64,000 nt of DNA from Eledone cirrhosa (taxonomy: Eukaryota), in contig OZ024747.1 of the NCBI GenBank assembly GCA_964016885.1, positions 82,646,001 through 82,710,000 on the forward strand. The letters run 5' to 3'. The position numbers were made by a program, and so were the translations under genes. Positions 54,743 to 64,000 of the stretch are shown piece by piece. Numbering within the stretch: the first letter of the stretch is position 1; each line of letters opens with the position of its first letter. Under the pieces are notes generated by a model. It ran no database searches. It saw only the letters and a program-made list of their open reading frames with translations, and was not told the origin of the DNA.

Positions 54743-55354
54743 ATTCGACCGGCACCACCAGCTCAAACAACCACAACCACAACAACAACAACAACAACAA
54801 CAAACTAACTCCCCTAACATAATACTGAACAACAATACTTCCATGGAACTTCCACTGTACTTCGCATCCGCCCATCATTCTTCAAAGAATGAATATCAAC
54901 CTGAACAGAACCTCCACCATGTGAGACCACCTACCAACAGATATATTAGAAGCAGATATTCACCTTCATTATATTTCAATTTAACATTCCTTCAATCAAT
55001 GAGCTGAAAGCTAACAAGTCCATTTCAATAGAAATCATTACAATTTGAAAGCCTGCAATTAAACATTAAGAATTCAGCTTTCTCCCCCAGCATATTTCCA
55101 ACTAAATTTAGCCAGAAGCGATCACAATTACGAATTTAAACCCTGCAGTGTCTACATGTATGTGTAGACACATACATGTAAACATACATAATTATACACA
55201 TACATACATAATTACATACATAAATACATACATAATTACATACATACATATATAATTACATACATACATACATAATTACATACATACATACATACCTACA
55301 TAATTACATACATAGATATATAATTAAATACATATATAATTACATACATACATA

Positions 55355-55568
<214 letters not shown>

Positions 55569-55685
55569 GAGAGAGAGGGGGGGGGGGAGATTTGCATACA
55601 TAACCAATAGATAAATATGTAAATAAATAAATGCTACCATTACTAATATTAATAATAATAATTATTATTATTATTACTATGGTTT

Positions 55686-55876
55686 GCGGTGGATTGGCAG
55701 TATCGGTTAAGGGTCGGACGCCATGCTTTGCAGCAAAGAGTTACGGCCCTTTATGGTCTGAGTTCAAATCCCGCCGAAGTTAACTTTGCCTTTCATCCTT
55801 ACGGCGTCGATAAAATAAAGTACCAGTAATACATTGGAATAATTGCTGGCCTTGTGTCAAAATTAGAAACAATTAT
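55686..55876 (+). mobile_element. SINE family A with 8-bp target-site duplication TATGGTTT
   Basis: Duplication at 55678-55685 and 55877-55884. Confidence 0.88.
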
Positions 55877-55899
55877 TATGGTTTAAATCAATTAGTATG

Positions 55900-56055
55900 G
55901 TTTAAATCTACCCCAGTGTGATACTGGTACTTTATTTATCGACCCCGTAAGGATGAAAGGCAAAGTTAACCTCGGCGAGATTTGAACTCAGAACGTAACG
56001 ATTGGGAACAAATGCCCTAAAACATTCTGTCTGACACTACTAGTCCATCACCCCC
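55900..56055 (-). mobile_element. SINE family A relative whose 5' head runs into the satellite
   Basis: Body and B box at 55905-55995 are contiguous with the first 44-bp unit. Confidence 0.8.
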
Positions 56056-59000
56056 ACTACTACTAACATTCTGTCTGACACTACTAGTCCATCACCACCA
56101 CTACTACTAACATTCTGTCTGACACTACTAGTCCATCACCCCCACTACTACTAACATTCTGTCTGACACTACTAGTCCTTCCCCCCCACTACTACTAACA
56201 TTCTGTCTGACACTACTAGTCCATCACCACCACTACTACTAACATTCTGTCTTACACTACTAGTCCATCACCCCCACTACTACTAACATTCTGTCTGACA
56301 CTACTAGTCCTTCACCCCCACTACTACTAACATTCTGTCTGACACTACTAGTCCTTCCCCCCCACTACTACTAACATTCTGTCTGACACTACTAGTCCTT
56401 CAACCCCACTACTACTAACATTCTGTCTGACACTACTAGTCCTTCACCCCCACTACTACTAACATTCTGTCTGACACTACTAGTCCTTCACCCCCACTAC
56501 TACTAACATTCTGTCTGACACTACTAGTCCATCACCCCCACTACTACTAACATTCTGTCTGACACTACTAGTCCTTCACCCCCACTACTACTAACATTCT
56601 GTCTGACACTACTAGTCCTTCACCCCCACTACTACTAACATTCTGTCTGACACTACTAGTCCTTCACCTCCACTACTACTAACATTCTGTCTGACACTAC
56701 TAGTCCTTCCCCCCCACTACTACTAACATTCTGTCTGACACTACTAGTCCTTCACCTCCACTACTACTAACATTCTGTCTGACACTACTAGTCCTTCACC
56801 CCCACTACTACTAACATTCTGTCTGACACTACTAGTCCTTCACCCCCACTACTACTAACATTCTGTCTGACACTACTAGTCCTTCACCCCCACTACTACT
56901 AACATTCTGTCTGACACTACTAGTCCTTCACCTCCACTACTACTAACATTCTGTCTGACACTACTAGTCCTTCCCCCCCACTACTACTAACATTCTGTCT
57001 GACACTACTAGTCCATCACCACCACTACTACTAACATTCTGTCTGACACTACTAGTCCATCACCCCCACTACTACTAACATTCTGTCTGACACTACTAGT
57101 CCTTCACCCCCACTACTACTAACATTCTGTCTGACACTACTAGTCCTTCCCCCCCACTACTACTAACATTCTGTCTGACACTACTAGTCCTTCCCCCCCA
57201 CTACTACTAACATTCTGTCTGACACTACTAGTCCATCACCACCACTACTACTAACATTCTGTCTGACACTACTAGTCCATCACCCCCACTACTACTAACA
57301 TTCTGTCTGACACTACTAGTCCATCACCACCACTACTACTAACATTCTGTCTGACACTACTAGTCCATCACCCCCACTACTACTAACATTCTGTCTGACA
57401 CTACTAGTCCTTCCCCCCCCACTACTACTAACATTCTGTCTGACACTACTAGTCCATCACCACCACTACTACTAACATTCTGTCTGACACTACTAGTCCA
57501 TCACCCCCACTACTACTAACATTCTGTCTGACACTACTAGTCCTTCACCCCCACTACTACTAACATTCTGTCTGACACTACTAGTCCTTCCCCCCCACTA
57601 CTACTAACATTCTGTCTGACACTACTAGTCCTTCACCCCCACTACTACTAACATTCTGTCTGACACTACTAGTCCTTCACCTCCACTACTACTAACATTC
57701 TGTCTGACACTACTAGTCCTTCCCCCCCACTACTACTAACATTCTGTCTGACACTACTAGTCCATCACCACCACTACTACTAACATTCTGTCTGACACTA
57801 CTAGTCCATCACCCCCACTACTACTAACATTCTGTCTGACACTACTAGTCCTTCACCCCCACTACTACTAACATTCTGTCTGACACTACTAGTCCTTCCC
57901 CCCCACTACTACTAACATTCTGTCTGACACTACTAGTCCTTCACCCCCACTACTACTAACATTCTGTCTGACACTACTAGTCCTTCACCCCCACTACTAC
58001 TAACATTCTGTCTGACACTACTAGTCCTTCACCCCCACTACTACTAACATTCTGTCTGACACTACTAGTCCATCACCCCCACTACTACTAACATTCTGTC
58101 TGACACTACTAGTCCTTCACCCCCACTACTACTAACATTCTGTCTGACACTACTAGTCCTTCACCCCCACTACTACTAACATTCTGTCTGACACTACTAG
58201 TCCTTCACCTCCACTACTACTAACATTCTGTCTGACACTACTAGTCCTTCCCCCCCACTACTACTAACATTCTGTCTGACACTACTAGTCCTTCACCTCC
58301 ACTACTACTAACATTCTGTCTGACACTACTAGTCCTTCACCCCCACTACTACTAACATTCTGTCTGACACTACTAGTCCTTCACCCCCACTACTACTAAC
58401 ATTCTGTCTGACACTACTAGTCCTTCACCCCCACTACTACTAACATTCTGTCTGACACTACTAGTCCTTCACCTCCACTACTACTAACATTCTGTCTGAC
58501 ACTACTAGTCCTTCCCCCCCACTACTACTAACATTCTGTCTGACACTACTAGTCCATCACCACCACTACTACTAACATTCTGTCTGACACTACTAGTCCA
58601 TCACCCCCACTACTACTAACATTCTGTCTGACACTACTAGTCCTTCACCCCCACTACTACTAACATTCTGTCTGACACTACTAGTCCTTCCCCCCCACTA
58701 CTACTAACATTCTGTCTGACACTACTAGTCCTTCCCCCCCACTACTACTAACATTCTGTCTGACACTACTAGTCCATCACCACCACTACTACTAACATTC
58801 TGTCTGACACTACTAGTCCATCACCCCCACTACTACTAACATTCTGTCTGACACTACTAGTCCATCACCACCACTACTACTAACATTCTGTCTGACACTA
58901 CTAGTCCATCACCCCCACTACTACTAACATTCTGTCTGACACTACTAGTCCTTCCCCCCCACTACTACTAACATTCTGTCTGACACTACTAGTCCATCAC

Positions 59001-62000
59001 CACCACTACTACTAACATTCTGTCTGACACTACTAGTCCATCACCCCCACTACTACTAACATTCTGTCTGACACTACTAGTCCTTCACCCCCACTACTAC
59101 TAACATTCTGTCTGACACTACTAGTCCTTCCCCCCCACTACTACTAACATTCTGTCTGACACTACTAGTCCTTCACCCCCACTACTACTAACATTCTGTC
59201 TGACACTACTAGTCCTTCACCCCCACTACTACTAACATTCTGTCTGACACTACTAGTCCTTCACCCCCACTACTACTAACATTCTGTCTGACACTACTAG
59301 TCCATCACCCCCACTACTACTAACATTCTGTCTGACACTACTAGTCCTTCACCCCCACTACTACTAACATTCTGTCTGACACTACTAGTCCTTCACCCCC
59401 ACTACTACTAACATTCTGTCTGACACTACTAGTCCTTCACCTCCACTACTACTAACATTCTGTCTGACACTACTAGTCCTTCACCTCCACTACTACTAAC
59501 ATTCTGTCTGACACTACTAGTCCTTCACCACCACTACTACTAACATTCTGTCTGACACTACTAGTCCTTCACCACCACTACTACTAACATTCTGTCTGAC
59601 ACTACTAGTCCTTCACCCCCACTACTACTAACATTCTGTCTGACACTACTAGTCCTTCACCTCCACTACTACTAACATTCTGTCTGACACTACTAGTCCT
59701 TCACCCCCACTACTACTAACATTCTGTCTGACACTACTAGTCCTTCACCCCCACTACTACTAACATTCTGTCTGACACTACTAGTCCATCACCCCCACTA
59801 CTACTAACATTCTGTCTGACACTACTAGTCCTTCACCTCCACTACTACTAACATTCTGTCTGACACTACTAGTCCTTCACCCCCACTACTACTAACATTC
59901 TGTCTGACACTACTAGTCCTTCACCCCCACTACTACTAACATTCTGTCCGACACTACTAGTCCTTCCCCCCCACTACTACTAACATTCTGTCTGACACTA
60001 CTAGTCCTTCACCCCCACTACTACTAACATTCTGTCTGACACTACTAGTCCTTCACCTCCACTACTACTAACATTCTGTCCGACACTACTAGTCCTTCAC
60101 CCCCACTACTACTAACATTCTGTCTGACACTACTAGTCCTTCACCTCCACTACTACTAACATTCTGTCCGACACTACTAGTCCTTCCCCCCCACTACTAC
60201 TAACATTCTGTCAGACACTACTAGTCCTTCACCCCCACTACTACTAACATTCTGTCTGACACTACTAGTCCTTCACCCCCACTACTACTAACATTCTGTC
60301 CGACACTACTAGTCCTTCACCCCCACTACTACTAACATTCTGTCTGACACTACTAGTCCTTCACCCCCACTACTACTAACATTCTGTCTGACACTACTAG
60401 TCCATCACCTCCACTACTACTAACATTCTGTCTGACACTACTAGTCCATCACCTCCACTACTACTAACATTCTGTCTGACACTACTAGTCGATCACCCCC
60501 ACTACTACTAACATTCTGTCTGACACTACTAGTCCTTCACCACCACTACTACTAACATTCTGTCCGACACTACTAGTCCTTCACCCCCACTACTACTAAC
60601 ATTCTGTCTGACACTACTAGTCCTTCACCTCCACTACTACTAACATTCTGTCTGACACTACTAGTCCTTCACCCCCACTACTACTAACATTCTGTCTGAC
60701 ACTACTAGTCCATCACCCCCACTACTACTAACATTCTGTCTGACACTACTAGTCCTTCACCTCCACTACTACTAACATTCTGTCTGACACTACTAGTCCT
60801 TCACCCCCACTACTACTAACATTCTGTCTGACACTACTAGTCCTTCACCCCCACTACTACTAACATTCTGTCTGACACTACTAGTCCTTCACCCCCACTA
60901 CTACTAACATTCTGTCTGACACTACTAGTCCTTCACCTCCACTACTACTAACATTCTGTCTGACACTACTAGTCCTTCACCCCCACTACTACTAACATTC
61001 TGTCTGACACTACTAGTCCTTCACCCCCACTACTACTAACATTCTGTCTGACACTACTAGTCCTTCACCCCCACTACTACTAACATTCTGTCTGACACTA
61101 CTAGTCCATCACCCCCACTACTACTAACATTCTGTCTGACACTACTAGTCCTTCACCTCCACTACTACTAACATTCTGTCTGACACTACTAGTCCTTCAC
61201 CACCACTACTACTAACATTCTGTCTGACACTACTAGTCCATCACCCCCACTACTACTAACATTCTGTCTGACACTACTAGTCCTTCACCCCCACTACTAC
61301 TAACATTCTGTCTGACACTACTAGTCCATCACCCCCACTACTACTAACATTCTGTCTGACACTACTAGTCCTTCACCCCCACTACTACTAACATTCTGTC
61401 TGACACTACTAGTCCATCACCCCCACTACTACTAACATTCTGTCTGACACTACTAGTCCTTCACCACCACTACTACTAACATTCTGTCTGACACTACTAG
61501 TCCTTCACCCCCACTACTACTAACATTCTGTCTGACACTACTAGTCCATCACCCCCACTACTACTAACATTCTGTCTGACACTACTAGTCCTTCACCTCC
61601 ACTACTACTAACATTCTGTCTGACACTACTAGTCCTTCACCCCCACTACTACTAACATTCTGTCTGACACTACTAGTCCATCACCCCCACTACTACTAAC
61701 ATTCTGTCTGACACTACTAGTCCTTCACCACCACTACTACTAACATTCTGTCTGACACTACTAGTCCTTCACCCCCACTACTACTAACATTCTGTCTGAC
61801 ACTACTAGTCCTTCACCTCCACTACTACTAACATTCTGTCTGACACTACTAGTCCATCACCACCACTACTACTAACATTCTGTCTGACACTACTAGTCCA
61901 TCACCCCCACTACTACTAACATTCTGTCTGACACTACTAGTCCTTCACCCCCACTACTACTAACATTCTGTCTGACACTACTAGTCCATACCTCCACTAC

Positions 62001-64000
62001 TACTAACATTCTGTCTGACACTACTAGTCCTTCACCCCCACTACTACTAACATTCTGTCTGACACTACTAGTCCATCACCACCACTACTACTAACATTCT
62101 GTCTGACACTACTAGTCCATACCTCCACTACTACTAACATTCTGTCTGACACTACTAGTCCTTCACCCCCACTACTACTAACATTCTGTCTGACACTACT
62201 AGTCCATCACCACCACTACTACTAACATTCTGTCCGACACTACTAGTCCTTCACCCCCACTACTACTAACATTCTGTCTGATACTACTAGTCCATCACCC
62301 CCACTACTACTAACATTCTGTCTGACACTACTAGTCCATCACCCCCACTACTACTAACATTCTGTCTGACACTACTAGTCCTTCCCCCCCACTACTACTA
62401 ACATTCTGTCTGACACTACTAGTCCTTCCCCCCACTACTACTAACATTCTGTCTGACACTACTAGTCCTTCACCCCCACTACTACTAACATTCTGTCTGA
62501 CACTACTAGTCCTTCACCACCACTACTACTAACATTCTGTCTGACACTACTAGTCCTTCACCCCCACTACTACTAACATTCTGTCTGACACTACTAGTCC
62601 TTCACCTCCACTACTACTAACATTCTGTCTGACACTACTAGTCCTTCACCCCCACTACTACTAACATTCTGTCTGACACTACTAGTCCTTCACCCCCACT
62701 ACTACTAACATTCTGTCTGACACTACTAGTCCTTCACCCCCACTACTACTAACATTCTGTCTGACACTACTAGTCCTTCACCACCACTACTACTAACATT
62801 CTGTCTGACACTACTAGTCCTTCACCCCCACTACTATTAACATTCTGTCTGACACTACTAGTCCATCACCCCCACTACTACTAACATTCTGTCTGACACT
62901 ACTAGTCCATCACCCCCACTACTACTAACATTCTGTCTGATACTACTAGTCCATCACCCCCACTACTACTAACATTCTGTCTGACACTACTAGTCCTTCC
63001 CCCCCACTACTACTAACATTCTGTCTGACACTACTAGTCCTTCACCCCCACTACTACTAACATCCTGTCTGACACTACTAGTCCATCACCCCCACTACTA
63101 CTAACATTCTGTCTGACACTACTAGTCCTTCACCCCCACTACTACTAACATCCTGTCTGACACTACTAGTCCATCACCCCCACTACTACTAACATTCTGT
63201 CTGACACTACTAGTCCTTCACCCCCACTACTACTAACATTCTGTCTGACACTACTAGTCCTTCACCTCCACTACTACTAACATTCTGTCTGACACTACTA
63301 GTCCATCACCCCCACTACTACTAACATTCTGTCTGACACTACTAGTCCTTCACCCCCACTACTACTAACATTCTGTCCGACACTACTAGTCCATCACCCC
63401 CACTACTACTAACATTCTGTCTGACACTACTAGTCCATCACCCCCACTACTACTAACATTCTGTCTGACACTACTAGTCCTTCACCCCCACTACTACTAA
63501 CATTCTGTCCGACACTACTAGTCCTTCACCCCCACTACTACTAACATTCTGTCTGACACTACTAGTCCTTCACCCCCACTACTACTAACATTCTGTCTGA
63601 CACTACTAGTCCTTCACCCCCACTACTACTAACATTCTGTCCGACACTACTAGTCCTTCACCCCCACTACTACTAACATTCTGTCTGACACTACTAGTCC
63701 TTCACCCCCACTACTACTAACATTCTGTCCGACACTACTAGTCCTTCACCCCCACTACTACTAACATTCTGTCTGACACTACTAGTCCTTCACCCCCACT
63801 ACTACTAACATTCTGTCCGACACTACTAGTCCTTCACCCCCACTACTACTAACATTCTGTCCGACACTACTAGTCCATCACCCCCACTACTACTAACATT
63901 CTGTCTGACACTACTAGTCCTTCACCTCCACTACTACTAACATTCTGTCTGACACTACTAGTCCATCACCTCCACTACTACTAACATTCTGTCTGACACT
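56021..64000. repeat. 44-bp tandem satellite, about 181 units, running off the window end
   Basis: AACATTCTGTCTGACACTACTAGTCC(A/T)TC(A/C)CC(C/A/T)CCACTACTACT; units start at 56021, 56065 and so on. Confidence 0.98.

Noticed and set aside
54720-55007. 95-aa Q-rich ORF as a host exon
   Set aside because: Starts inside a SINE, the poly-Q is a (CAA)n tract, and there is no splice or homology support
56021-64000. CRISPR-like regular array
   Set aside because: No unique spacers (only three variable bases per 44-bp unit), no cas genes, eukaryotic context

Overview
AT-rich eukaryotic intergenic or intronic DNA, saturated with (TA)n, (CA)n and (CATA)n microsatellites. The SINE and microsatellite content suggests a cephalopod (Octopus-like) genome; this is inference. 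No host gene is supported, and almost all listed ORFs are microsatellite artefacts. The real coding content is retro- and DNA-transposon sequence: an intact 1130-aa R4/Dong-type RT-CCHC-RLE ORF (28492-31884), a 5'-truncated RTE LINE ending in three C2H2 zinc fingers, a decayed HERO-like element, Penelope-like (PLE) remnants, two internally deleted Helitrons, a hAT MITE and about 25 tRNA-derived SINE copies. The most notable hidden signal is about 13 type-I hammerhead ribozyme (HHR) motifs from at least 8 unrelated sequence families. Several sit in inverted or fold-back structures, including a perfect 397-bp palindrome with one hammerhead per strand. A hammerhead-like motif with permuted strand order lies in the HERO 3' UTR. 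The last 8 kb is a 44-bp satellite that grew out of a SINE 5' head and shows a 28-unit higher-order repeat. All RNA folds were made by eye.
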